Below, one piece after another: positions 13,438 through 25,380 of a DNA stretch of 64,000 nt. This DNA is from Laetmonice hystrix (Eukaryota). A program made the translations under genes and the position numbers. The stretch is taken from NCBI GenBank assembly GCA_965235115.1, contig OZ249436.1, forward strand, positions 23,438,001 through 23,502,000, given 5' to 3'. Numbering within the stretch: the stretch's first letter is position 1; every line of letters starts with the position of its first letter. The notes beneath the pieces were generated by a model, which made no database searches, was not told the DNA's origin, and saw nothing but the letters and a program-made list of their open reading frames with translations.

Positions 13438-14090
13438 TGTGTTGGCTCACACTTACATGTATTACCAATTAAACTAGAAAACAGGGATAGAAATATAGGA
13501 GTTTAATTCTTCACAGAGAAGTAAGTTCATATAAGACGTAAGAGGTAGTTCCTGGAGTACAGACGTACCAAAATGACTCACATCCATAATTCTGGGTACA
13601 AACGGACGAAGATGACCGAACCTGTCTAGACGTCTGGTGACCGACATCATTAAATATTCGACAGGAGCACGGGACTTCCAGGAATGGGCATAGAGGTAAA
13701 CCAATGAGAAAGAGGCAGGTAGGAGGTAAGGTAAGCCAATAAGAAAGAGACACGTAAGAGATGGGATTTTACCCTGGAGAGAAGGAGAGGTATAAGTAGT
13801 TAGGACTTAACGGAAAAGGGGATAGATAGTGCGGGCTTACGAGAGAGAGAAAATGAGTGAAGGGAGTTAACAGAGAAATTCCCGCCAGGAACTTGTGCGG
13901 GAGTAAACTGTTATTCCCGGAGTATGGAGACGTATTGGAGGATTGTACGTGTTCGGAAGTTATTGTGGGAATAGACAACATCATATGGATCATATATGTG
14001 TGAAGCTTTATGCTACCATGTTGATTACATTCGTCAACAACAGGAGTTTAACTACTCAATGCGGGAGATAAATAGAAACCCCCCAACACA
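13438..14090 (+). repeat. 5' LTR (653 bp)
   Basis: tgtgttggctcac...gaaaccccccaacaca; the first 544 bp match the 3' LTR at offset 5622. Confidence 0.9.
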
Positions 14091-14092
14091 CT

Positions 14093-14103
14093 TGGTGGAG
14101 AAT
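14093..14103 (+). promoter_or_regulatory. Primer-binding site, tRNA-Ala-like
   Basis: tggtggagaat lies 2 nt after the LTR and is complementary to a ...ATTCTCCACCA 3' end (recalled tRNA-Ala type). Confidence 0.7.
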
Positions 14104-14173
14104 CCAAACGGCGGAACACCACGGAAGCTAAGTTAACTACCACATTTAGGGGAGAGCCTGAAGTTGGATTTCC

Positions 14174-14653
14174 GTGGATATCACATCTAGTCGAGAGAGC
14201 AAACTATGGTGGAGAATTATACCTACGAAACTTTTCAAGGGTGAGATGGATTCAGCCAACTATGTTATGGATATACGGTTCTACAGAGACGGCCGTCCAC
14301 TGAGAGAGGGTTACTACGGTGGCTTCCCCCGACGGGGGCGCGGAGAGCACACCCCGGAGCGACCGGGCGGCTGCCGTGATGGCCCCTCCTGGCGCGGCCG
14401 GGGCCGGGCAGTCACAGGCTGGAAACAACCGCTCTGTGACGGCCAGCCATATCATGGAACAACGGCCCACTCGACGGACGTGTGCCGCCGGCTCCGAGCC
14501 TGGAGGCCCGGAGACAGACGCTATCAGGACGACCGGGACAACAGATATCTCACTACTGGGTTCAAAGGTCAGGCAAATATACCCTCCCCCACGGTTAACT
14601 TCAGAGACAAGGGAAACGCCAGGCGCGTCCCTCGACAGAGGCCAGGATTTTAA
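14174..14653 (+). pseudogene. Possible gag C-terminal remnant (Arg/Gly-rich, His/Cys knuckle-like)
   Basis: Positioned just after the PBS; RGRG repeats; C..YHGTTAHSTDVC motif. Confidence 0.4.
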
Positions 14654-15775
14654 ATCTCTGTCAGAGGGACGGGAGTTCGATAGTTGTGCCGTTTGACAAC
14701 CAGGTTTCTCAACTACCCATTCTGAAATTAATGTTTGCTAGACACGACGTCTGGGCGGCTAGAGTAGAGCCACCCCTCCTTACATTTCCGCTGCTGTGCT
14801 CGACAGACTACCTGCTGATTTATTACTTGAAACTCAATCCGCCCAGGACTCACTAACTGACAGGACACGTGTGTTAACGACCGCCGAGGTTTATGGTTGA
14901 TGCAACGTAGATGGTTGGAAAGTTCCCTATGTGTTTGGATTTCACAGTTCTTTCACAGTTATTTCATTTTCATGTATTACCTTTTGGGATTGTGTCACGG
15001 TACACACTACACGACATACACATTTGCCGCCTGTCTCTGAGGTACTGTTATTCTGTGCCGTCTCGCGGGACATTCCGGACGGGACGGAGGTATTGGTTAC
15101 ACCTACGGGAGCAGGGCCAGGCACGTATACATGTCACTGGAAAATCGCTTAACACAAGGTACGACGGCGGAGTTTATGTATCTGTCATCAACGCCACGGA
15201 TACGGTCCTTCAGGTCACACCTTCTATATGCTTACGGCATACGCCGATGTCAGCTCCCCTGCTACAATGGAAAATAATGGCTTCCGTTCACCCAAGCAGC
15301 AGCTCTGGACGATGGCTTCCTCAGAAACGTCCAGGGAGCATATAATTATATGGTCACGCTACCAGCGCCTGCAGATGGCTACATGGAGATTACAGCCAGC
15401 TGGACATAAAGCCCCAGCTGGGATTCTGTAGGCACACTTCAAATACCGTTCAATCCCAACGCTGGCTATGCTCGTATGGGACACGGGAGATTCGCCCCTC
15501 GGCAATCAAGGGAGCAAACCCTTGTCCGAGGGACGACTATGCAGTCTTGGTTGGTACTGTGATCAGCCTCTGTGAGAATATAGGGGGGCTGATGCCCGAC
15601 AACCAAGATTGCAACAATATTTATCGTAGAAGTAGTTTCCACCCCTATATACTCGCGTGGGGTGAAGCCTCATTGCAGCACGAGCAGCATACAGTCCCGT
15701 TCCGGGCGCCTAAAGGAACGTCGGACCGGTATACAAAGTCCCACCTACACAGGCAGGTTTGCACACGCGAAGAAG

Positions 15776-16110
15776 CGTCCAGCCTACACAGGTGAAGTTA
15801 CACGCTACAAACAGCGTCACGCCTTCTCAGGCCCAATCACAAATTACTAGAAAAGTCCCACCTACACAGGCAGTTTTACACACGCCTACACAGGTGAAGT
15901 TACACGCTACAGACAGCGTCACGCCTCCTCAGGCTCATCTACAAATCCCACCCACGCAGGTGAAGTTACACGCTACAGACAGCGTCACGCCTCCTCAGGC
16001 TCATCTACAAATCCCACCCACGCAGGTGAAGTTACACGCTACAGACAGCGTCACGCCTCCTCAGGCTCATCTACAAATCCCACCCACGCAGGTGATGTTA
16101 CACGCCCCAT
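15776..16110 (+). repeat. 66-bp in-frame tandem repeat (PPTQVKLHATDSVTPPQAHLQI)
   Basis: caggtga(a/t)gttacacgc at 15891, 15957, 16023 and 16089 (period 66), plus a further copy at 15789. Confidence 0.9.
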
Positions 16111-16597
16111 CTAGCGGCGAATCTCCGGAGATCAATTTACACGCTTCACACAGCGTTTCAGTCACAGAAGCAGAATCACAAACGATGTCTAGCTTCCTAT
16201 ATACCTTCAACACGTTGGTTGTGCCCCACGGTTGAAGAAGGCTTACCTGCTGGCCATCCCAGGTTAAGCAATATTAAGTGCCCTACAGTAAACGGCCTAC
16301 CTGCTGGCCAACCCAGGGAAGCCAGGGCACAAGAATCAGCTGGCCGGCACAGCCAGTTGTACGATGACAGTCGAGATTTACAGTCACCAGCAGTGCACCT
16401 CCGACAAGCGAATAAGCACTGCTTCCAAACGGAAACTTGGGCCACCGTACGGGGGTGGAGGACGCTCCCCCCACCCGGCGGCCAGGAGGGGACAGCGGGG
16501 ACACCCAACCCCGCCGCGAGAGAACGAACTTGTCAGTTGAACGAATCATGCGGGAACAGGCTGCATGGTGACACCGAATGTTAAGTACTGAGCGAAT

Positions 16598-18486
16598 ATG
16601 TTTTGCTTCACAGCGTGCCATATGATACCCTGCACGTGTCCAAAGTCTCACTATGGCCACACTCAGCACGCTTACAGCATCAGTCAAATCCTCCAGGGAG
16701 TTCCAGACCTAACTCGAGGTGAGCTTTCTCCGTACCTCGTGTCACGTCAAGCTTTAGTTGGCGCCTTGTCAAATATATCAAGGTACCTCGAAAACCATTT
16801 TCCACATCACAAGTTAGCATTTGACACGCCGGCGTATTTTTACGACAACGCTAGTCCCGTTTTTTCTAGACGGGGACGGAAGTTGGATATTCTTATTCGG
16901 ATACCCATCACCTCACAGACACATCTGTTTCGGATTTATCATGTACATCCGCTCCACATCCCTATTCATGTCGTCAATGACACGCGAGTGGATGCTACGA
17001 TTATCAACAATTTACCCTCTGAGGTTGCGGTTTCTATAGATAAACAATATATTATTCCTCTCTCCGATCATGATTGGCAGGATTGCACTGGGGATGAGGT
17101 TCAAATATGCCCGAACCTCTGGTATATGCGGTATATCTCCGCTGATGTCTGCATTGCAGCTTTGTATAGGGACGAGGCCGCACAACATATCTCGTACGGG
17201 CATCATTCCCCGAACGGTTTCTCTACACAGGCAATGGTCATGCTGTTGTTAGCTCATTAGCTACAAAGGCGGATGTTTTGTGCAGGGCGGAGCCACTGGT
17301 CGCGCTGGACATTTCACACCTAGCCTTGATCACACTGGGTTGTGATTGTGCTTTGCGATCGAAGGACACATGGATTCCGTATCAACTGAGCGGGTGTGAC
17401 ACTCGAACATTTGATACCACTGTTCAGTACCCCGTCAATTCGCTTTTGATGGGGGCCATGGGAATCCCGCTTCCTGGCGGCCCGCCCGATCACATGCTCT
17501 TAGAGCCATGGGTAGTTGACGACCCCATCTTGCCAGATGACGACCTACGGACACCGGAATTCAAGGCTGACCAAACCAACTTCAAGGTTTCCCTTCGCCA
17601 GCTACAGGACGCCCGAGATCACCATACCCCATTGCTGTATAACGAATTGGATGGAGTATCTGCGGCACAGGCTAATATATCTACCAGGTCCTGGATACCT
17701 TTGGGCCTTTTACCTGCGTTAGCTATGGCATTGGGGGCCGCATTTCTGCTGATTCAAAAACATAGGGCTGCTATTATTGCTCTATCGACATTGGGCGCGC
17801 CTAGGGCTACGGCAGATGTGTTATTGAGCCATTCTTCACCGGCACGAGTGGATTTACCAGAAGTCGGGCGCCTGACCATGTACGCACAGGCCACCGTGGC
17901 GCTTGGGGCTTTACTCCTTCTGGTTACTGGCATGGTTTTTGGACTGTTATGCTACCATGTCACCGGCAACGACCCAGCGGCAGGTTTGGCGTTACAAGTC
18001 TACACCGGTTCAGAATTACTGACCATACGCTTAGGAATGACGAACTTTGCTACCGAAACACTGACTTTGTCTCGGTTACCCTTATTGACCCACTATGCCG
18101 TTACATCACACCGCTTTTCTGCCTCCATGACGCTGGCGTGGGCTTCCACGCTAATTGTTCAGCATCATATGAATCGCCAGGCTGACGGATGTACGGTTCT
18201 GTCCTTACCACGGACAGTGCCTATTTCAAGACGACAGGCGCTGGCCTTGGGGTCAGTGCATCCTTCCCGTGTGCTGGTCCGTCTCCTGAGGTACGACCAA
18301 GGCCTAGCAACCATAATCCCTTCAGACACTGTGGGCACCGTGGGCAGTTGGTCCCACGTTCCGGCGGAGCCAGGCCAAGACCAGCCCGCCGCGCTCAACC
18401 CGAAACTCAATCCCGCTGACTATCACCTCAGTACTTTCACCACACGGGACACCGCAGCAACACGTGACGTCCGTGACGACGTATAA
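16598..18486 (+). pseudogene. env: Envelope/fusion (F-type) glycoprotein, frameshifted near 17190
   Basis: LTRGELSPYLV...YFY...LDILIRIPI...FRIYHVHPLHIP, then a Cys pattern (C..ICP..VCIAALY; LGCDCAL..WIP..LSGC) and hydrophobic segments (WIPLGLLPALAMALGAAFLLI; VALGALLLLVTGMVFGLLC); lies last before the 3' LTR. Confidence 0.7.
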
Positions 18487-19059
18487 AAACGGACACCATT
18501 AATCGATTTATTGTGTGTATTTTACTCTGGCATTATATAAGCCCGGATTATCTAAAGAGTTTACTCAACTTATTATTTGTGTGACATTTATATGCTCAAC
18601 ATTTCGCAAGTTTCGAACGTGCCAGCAGGACTTTATCATTGGCGCCCTTCTTTTGAACTATTGGTGTCTTTCATAGGAGGCTTCTCTCCTGACACGAACT
18701 TTTTGCCATAAGGACTCTGCCTTAGTAATACGCGTTATTATCTAGTTATTAGTAGAGACGAAGGTTCATCCTCTTTTTATGTATTCTTGTTCGCATGGAT
18801 GTGCATGTCATGTGTATTTTTGTACTTTGGGTATTGGTAATTAGCTTAGTACCATACTTAATCCAGCGTACTCCGATGTCTCATCCTGTATACCAGGTGT
18901 TTTACTGATGAGTCAAGCCTCGGACTCACGGGAATACCTTTAGGATAGATCATGGTTCGTACACAAGGAACACGGTACCCCTACCGTATAATCGCCCCCG
19001 GGCATATATTTATAACAAATAATTTTCGTTGAAAATTATTTTAAGGGGGACCGCGCGGG

Positions 19060-19907
19060 TGTGTTGGCTCACACTTACATGTATTACCAATTAAACTAGA
19101 AAACAGGGATAGAAATATAGGAGTTTAATTCTTCACAGAGAAGTAAGTTCATATAAGACGTAAGAGGTAGTTCCTGGAGTACAGACGTACCAAAATGACT
19201 CACATCCATAATTCTGGGTACAAACGGACGAAGATGACCGAACCTGTCTAGACGTCTGGTGACCGACATCATTAAATATTCGACAGGAGCACGGGACTTC
19301 CAGGAATGGGCATAGAGGTAAACCAATGAGAAAGAGGCAGGTAGGAGGTAAGGTAAGCCAATAAGAAAGAGACACGTAAGAGATGGGATTTTACCCTGGA
19401 GAGAAGGAGAGGTATAAGTAGTTAGGACTTAACGGAAAAGGGGATAGATAGTGCGGGCTTACGAGAGAGAGAAAATGAGTGAAGGGAGTTAACAGAGAAA
19501 TTCCCGCCAGGAACTTGTGCGGGAGTAAACTGTTATTCCCGGAGTATGGAGACGTATTGGAGGATTGTACGTGTTCGGAAGTTATTGTGGGAATAGACAA
19601 CATTCATGGATTATATTTGTGAAGGGTTATATGCCAACTCGGATTGTGTTCTTCGATATACGGATTTAACTACTCGGTATGGAGGATGTGGAGTATAATA
19701 AAGGATCGAACCGGATTTCCTGAAGTGTTGTTCATCTCACCCAAACCAGCGAAGCTATACCAGAGTTAGCTCACCCTTATTACGACTCTGGAACTTTATT
19801 GGGGTAGACCTCTCGCACTGCTAACGGAATACCAAACGGACTTTACACCAAACCCGACATACGATACGATATACGAAACATAAACGTAATTGAAACCCCC
19901 CAACACA
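19060..19907 (+). repeat. 3' LTR (848 bp)
   Basis: Same termini as the 5' LTR; carries an aataaa near 19697 that has no counterpart in the 5' LTR. Confidence 0.9.
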
Positions 19908-20299
19908 ACGTCATGGGTTACATGGCCAACTCATCTTCCTCCTAGGACTCGACAATGAGGCAATGAGGCAGCTTCCAAACCCCTAAAAACGTCGTTATTA
20001 GGACATAAGGTCATGACCTTGGGTCAAGTGACATCGTACTTCGAGATTTGAGGTCTCCAGACCATGGCCAACATCTGTGCCAAGTTTCATTAAGATATGT
20101 CCAATAGCAAATGAGATAATCACCCAGTTTAACTACGACAATAACTAGAAACTCTGATTGCCAAGCAATACAGGTGGGATCCCATTTCCCCAATGGTTTT
20201 CTATCATTACCTACATTTTTCTCTCCTTTTTGAAATGTAACTGTCCTGTGTTTCCGCCAACTGTTCCACAGGTATACTTGACACTGCCGTGCCGTGAGC

Positions 20300-20863
20300 A
20301 ATTCGTGGGCGTGAGCAAGAAGAGGTGGGTCTCCGCCTACCTATGCCTAGTGGATGACAGCCCCATTCTCCAAGTGTTCAGTCGCTTGGGAGACGGGCCC
20401 ATGGATATCACACACACACAAGATGGGGATGTTGCAAAACATCTGGAGGCATTCGTGTGTCAGGTCTATGCTCCTAGTAGCACGCATCGAAACCTCAGCC
20501 AACTCCAATGGGAGCTTTTCAGGTCCAAAAACCTAGAAAGCGAAATGCTCCCTCCGACACGTGCTACTCTCATACCTCACATCCAGCGGGAAAACCTGGT
20601 GGCCATGCGGGACAAGGGCTACTCTACCGCCACCCCCTCTCTCCCCTCTCTCGAAGGAAACGGGTGGTCAAATGGACAACCAGTCACATGCCTCGTTCCC
20701 CCTGCCCCTCACGGGGTTATTGAAATGGTGAAATGTGGGTGTCACGGGGGATGTAAGGGAAACTGTTTGTGCCACAAGAATGGGTTATTCTTGTACACCA
20801 CTGTGCAAGTGCTACGAGGGCGGGTGTAGCAACATCCGGGACTACCATATGGATATAGAGTAA
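20300..20863 (+). pseudogene. Academ-like transposase C-terminal fragment (XPG-like tail plus Cys-rich finger)
   Basis: LEAFVCQVY...LPPTRATLIPHIQR...PSLEGNGW...PPAP...KCGCHGGCKGNCLCHKNGL, continuing after a frameshift as CTPLCKCYEGGCSN. Confidence 0.7.
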
Positions 20864-23098
20864 GGGGAGGACGAGGATCAACTGGATGAATAATTACTCC
20901 AGCCTAGAATATTCAGTTATAAGTGTATATTCATGTTGACCTACATGCACAGTATGGACGTTCTTGATGTCATGCTATATTCAGATGTATTTGGGTAGCT
21001 GATTATCCGTCCTTATAGTGTCTAGAATGCAGTTTATTAGTTGTACTTCGAGACATCGATTTACGTCACACTCCATGACCACAATAATATTCAAAGTGAC
21101 ATTATGGAATAAAGTTGGGCTCATAAATCGTACCATCGTATGCAATTGTTTTAGGCAATATCATTGATTTTCAATATCGGTTTTGTTGGCGGCCATCTTG
21201 GATTTGGTGGCCATCTTGATTTTCGGAAATGTCATAAGTCGATTCAGCACAATCACAAACCCCACAATCGAGGTTAAAACTCGATAAAGGCTCTGGTGGC
21301 CAAAACAGGGCTACTTTCGGATTTCATGGCAACCATCTTGGATTTGGCGGCCATCTTGGTTTTCGAAAATGTCAGCAATGGACTCGGCATCCTCAAAAAA
21401 AACAAAATCGAGTTCAAGATCGTAAAATTCGGCCAAGGTGTTGCTGAGATAGGCCTATGGCCAAATCCTTTTTGCCGTGTGAGTGAAAATGATGTGGTAC
21501 CCCAGTCAAGACACAGACGCACACTGAGACAATCGGATTCTATTCTTAAGGATCGCAAATTGACTGCTGAGGCTATCTGGAGCCTATCTGGTGGCAGTGA
21601 TACGGTTAAAACCGGCAAGAGAAGATTATCACGTTCATTCTTAATCTGTAAACATAAATATGACGTAGGCACATCGAATACACTTCTCACTATGACCGCA
21701 AATGGAGAAAACAAAACTGAATTTCTCGCTAACCACTTTATCATCTTAACAGTTAAAGACATGGCAAAAACCAAACTCAGAAAGAGGAGAACTCTTGTGA
21801 AGCCTACTTCTTGCGATAAATAAACACCGTACTAATACTATACACACATAATATATCCAGCCCTGTATAGAACCAGGTCCTTATTGGGTCGTGACTATGG
21901 GTACTGCAATGTGATAAACGTTTAACTCATGCTAACTCTTAAGTGCTATATGACGCACGTGCAGCATATCGTTAATGGTGCACACATGTTGGTAGTCAAC
22001 TGGGTGCCCCTTGATAGGCGTATGTTTATAATGAGACATTCCCCGCACCGGACATTGGCACGGGCATCGGACATCTCCCATCCTGTTGTCTCCGGGCGAC
22101 TCGGTTGTTTACGCCATGGGTGTTCTGAAACATGGCTTAGGCATATTTGTCACCGTTGTTTTATTTATCTTATAGCTAAAAGCTAAGCGTGTGGGCTTAG
22201 TTCCCTGGCTCTTAGTCCCATATCATCCACTGATATACCACGTGGGGTATTTACGTTGCGCTGCAGCCTGAAATGCAATTCATATTATACCACTATATCG
22301 GGCTGTTATTTGGGGCTTTGTTGTTTAAATGGGTATTCGATGTTGGGGTAGAGCTTTGGCTATTGCGAGAGGGTTTTGCCCGACAATATCTTCTAAGCGT
22401 ATGGGTAAGCTAGGCTCTATCATATGGCTTCCGTGAGATGGGGTCCAACTCAGACTGAGGGATGACTAACGGTCGAAGGTTCAAACGTTTATTAAAACAA
22501 TCCGGATGTAGAGTCCGTCCGTGTGTAGGGTACAGATATCTCCTTGTGGTAGAAGTAAAGTACAAGTGTCTCCTCTGAAGTTGAAGTAAAGTACAAGTGT
22601 CTCCTCTGAAGTTGAAGTAAAGTACAAGTAGATATTCACATACGCTATAAGTTTTGACTCTCACCTCCCTTTCTGAACTTCCCTAGTAGCTGTGATGTGT
22701 AATGTCTGAAAGTCCGAATCCGAAACGTTTCCCAGTAATTCCGAAGAATCTGCAAAGTCTTGTTCCCGTACTGATCTCCTATTGCTAAGGGTGAATGCTG
22801 AAAACGCCCAAGTGCGGACTGATGAGAAAGCTAAGTGCTGAGCGGGAGAACTCCACGTCCGCTCGTATCCCAAGCTAAAACCACATACGACTACTGCAAG
22901 GTTGCGCGTCTATATATATCTACCAGCTTTCGGGGGATTTTCTTGGTTCGTGACTGAACCTGCACTACCTGAACCTATGGAGGGGTTTGGGCTGGTAAGG
23001 TGGATGAGTTATTGCTTTTCTGCTGTACCTGCTGAACCTTCCTCCTGTAGGCGAATGATTTATGACTTTGTAGTTGGACCTGCTGCACTTCGGGCTAA

Positions 23099-23853
23099 GG
23101 CCCGGCTCCCACGATCAAGAAATCTTGTCAAGTTTTCTTGACTCAAGGAACTTGTTGTGTGTGATATGCCCGTCAAGGTTCTTGCTCAATATTGACAACG
23201 AATATTGAGCAATATTGACCAATATTCTTGTTGTGCCGTGGGAATCCCGTGTGAAGGTTAGTCGGCAATAAATTGCGCAATATTGACGTAATAGAACCGT
23301 GTTCTAAATTCAGCAATATATTGCTGGACTTGAAGGACCCCAGAGTACACTGGAAACACGAGGTGAGGTGAGATCTCAGGCCTATTCCTCCAATTTGAGA
23401 TAGTGAAACTGGGTCGGAATGTTTCCTAGGTGTTAGTCAGGTGTTACTCTGGCATTAAGTAGGTGTTAAAACGGTGTTAATGAAACACCCAGCAGGAGGT
23501 GAATTCTTGTATTTACGAAACAATTCTTGTATATGAAACACTTTCTTAACACCTGGTGTTAACACTTAATTAACTTTCAGATTTGACCTTTTTGAATTTT
23601 AAAATTGCTACAGACCCTACCATGTCTGCGGCAAGAATGAAAACTTGCTCCTGTATGCACAAATATTGAGTCAATAGTAAATACCCTTGATCGTGTGAGT
23701 CACGCGGCAAGAAATTGCCCAGGTTTCCTTGCCAAGAAACTTGGGCAATATTTGCCGGCATGTTTTCAAGAAATTTCTTGATGCCGTGTGAAGTACCCGA
23801 CAAGATCTTGCTCAAGAAACTTGACAAGATTTCTTGATCGTGGGAGCCGGGCC
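23099..23853. mobile_element. Harbinger-like MITE
   Basis: TIR ggcccggctcccacgatcaagaaatcttgtcaag; taa/tta flanks. Confidence 0.85.
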
Positions 23854-23856
23854 TTA

Positions 23857-24770
23857 TGCTTAGGTCCCACTGGGGAAAAATCATCGGCGATGTAGAAATA
23901 CACAAATCGGCTCCCGATGGCTCCCGATGCTCCCGAAGTTTTTGGCCCAAACAACGGAGCTGTCCCATTACAGATGGCACGCATTAGGCATCGGGGATGG
24001 TCCAGAGAATGTCCCCCGAACAATGGCCATGAATCATCGGGGATGGCTCCCGATGGCCGGGAAAGCCCCGGGGTACCTTCGGCGATAATCGGCGAAGGTG
24101 CCCCGGAGCTACCCCGAATTTAAAACACCATCGGGGAAATATCCCCGTAGATTAGGGGAAGCATCGGTGAGTACTTGCGAACCATCCCCGGTGCCTCCCC
24201 AATAACCCTTCCCCGAGGCACCGGGGATGGTTCGCAAGTACTCACCGATGCTTCCCCGGTGCCTCGGGGAAGCTTTGGGGAGGTATGGGAAGAATGCACT
24301 TTCAACCATCACCGACATTTCGGCGAATATTCGGGAATGCAACCCCACATCGGGAATGTATCACCGACAGGTCGCTGATAGGTCGCCGAACATGCGGCGG
24401 AGATCAAAATATCCCCGGAGGTTCCCTGATCCTTCGCCGAAACAACACACGAGGTTCGGGGGGACGAAGGTTTCGCGGAAGCTTAGGGGAAGCATCCCCG
24501 GGGCTTCCCCGGGCCTCGGGAAAGCTACGGGGTTGCCTCCCCGGCCTGTTTTACTGACAAAACGTCGGGAACACATCAGGAAAAATTTCAATGCAGACAT
24601 TGAAATTTTGTGCAGTTCTCCCGATGCCTCCCGATGGTTCCACATGGCTCCCGATGCTCCCGAGGCTTCCCCGGAACACCGGGGAACCTGTTCCCGACGC
24701 CTCCCGAGGCTCTTCAATTTACATCGGGAGAACATCCCCGAGGCCAAAAATGCCCAGTGGGACTGAGCCA
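23857..24770. mobile_element. Harbinger-like GC-rich MITE adjacent to the previous one
   Basis: Imperfect TIR tgcttaggtcccactggg / cccagtgggactgagcca; tta/tta flanks; internal inverted repeat at about 24155-24270. Confidence 0.75.
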
Positions 24771-25136
24771 TTAGGCTTGCTGTTGGTTTGGATACTCTAA
24801 CATAGGGAATTGTGTGACTAGCTAAAACTGATGTATAAAACCGTATTTGTTAGAAGTTACTAATGGTGTACTCCAACAACCACCATACTGACGGCCAACG
24901 TGTTTGGACTATGGTGTCCATGTGCGAGGGCGGTTCATTATACTGTCCCTTTTTGTTTAGACGTTTGTATCCTTCTGTCAAGCCTGTATACGAATTACCC
25001 TTTTACTCTGCTGTTAAGGATCGGTGTAGTATGCAGTGGATAACACACACACGGCCTAGGATTCGTACGCAACCCTTTGTCCCACCGAGTGAACGGCCAA
25101 CTAAGGCAATTAACCCGGCGGTAGACTCATGGCTGT

Positions 25137-25370
25137 TTACTGCCGTCTCCCGATCATTCTGACTGGGTGTGAAAAGATATGTTCCAGACACGCCTCATTC
25201 AAATCCTTCTTCCTTACATAGGAATTATGAATGGCGGGATACCCTTTCCACTTTACAAGGTATTCTTCGTTACCATTTGACCTGTATCTCCCGTGAATAA
25301 TCTTTTCGACTTCATAAACTTCTGGCTCGTTCCATAATTCAGCCAGATCGGGAAGTATGGTTTCGTCCAC
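25137..25370 (-). pseudogene. Chromodomain at the integrase C-terminus
   Basis: YEVEKII...EYLVKWKGYPAIHNSYVRKKDL. Confidence 0.9.
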
Positions 25371-25380
25371 ATTTACTATA

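Larger units (their letters stand above)
13438..19907 (+). mobile_element. Non-autonomous env-bearing LTR retroelement (Ty3/Gypsy-like), no RT/IN
   Basis: TGTGTTGG...CCAACACA termini; 4-bp TSD acgt (13434-13437, 19908-19911); PBS after the 5' LTR; G-rich tract before the 3' LTR; env-like ORFs inside. Confidence 0.9.

Noticed and set aside
21274..21823. 175-aa and 166-aa overlapping ORFs
   Set aside because: No recognisable domain; they span repeat sequence and a repeat junction.
23917..24771. Cluster of GC-rich ORFs
   Set aside because: They lie within a low-complexity MITE with few stop codons.
21880..25000. Candidate 3' LTR of the Gypsy element (TATA-like run near 22910; minus-strand aataaa near 22490)
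   Set aside because: No matching 5' LTR, PPT or TSD found, so boundaries cannot be supported.
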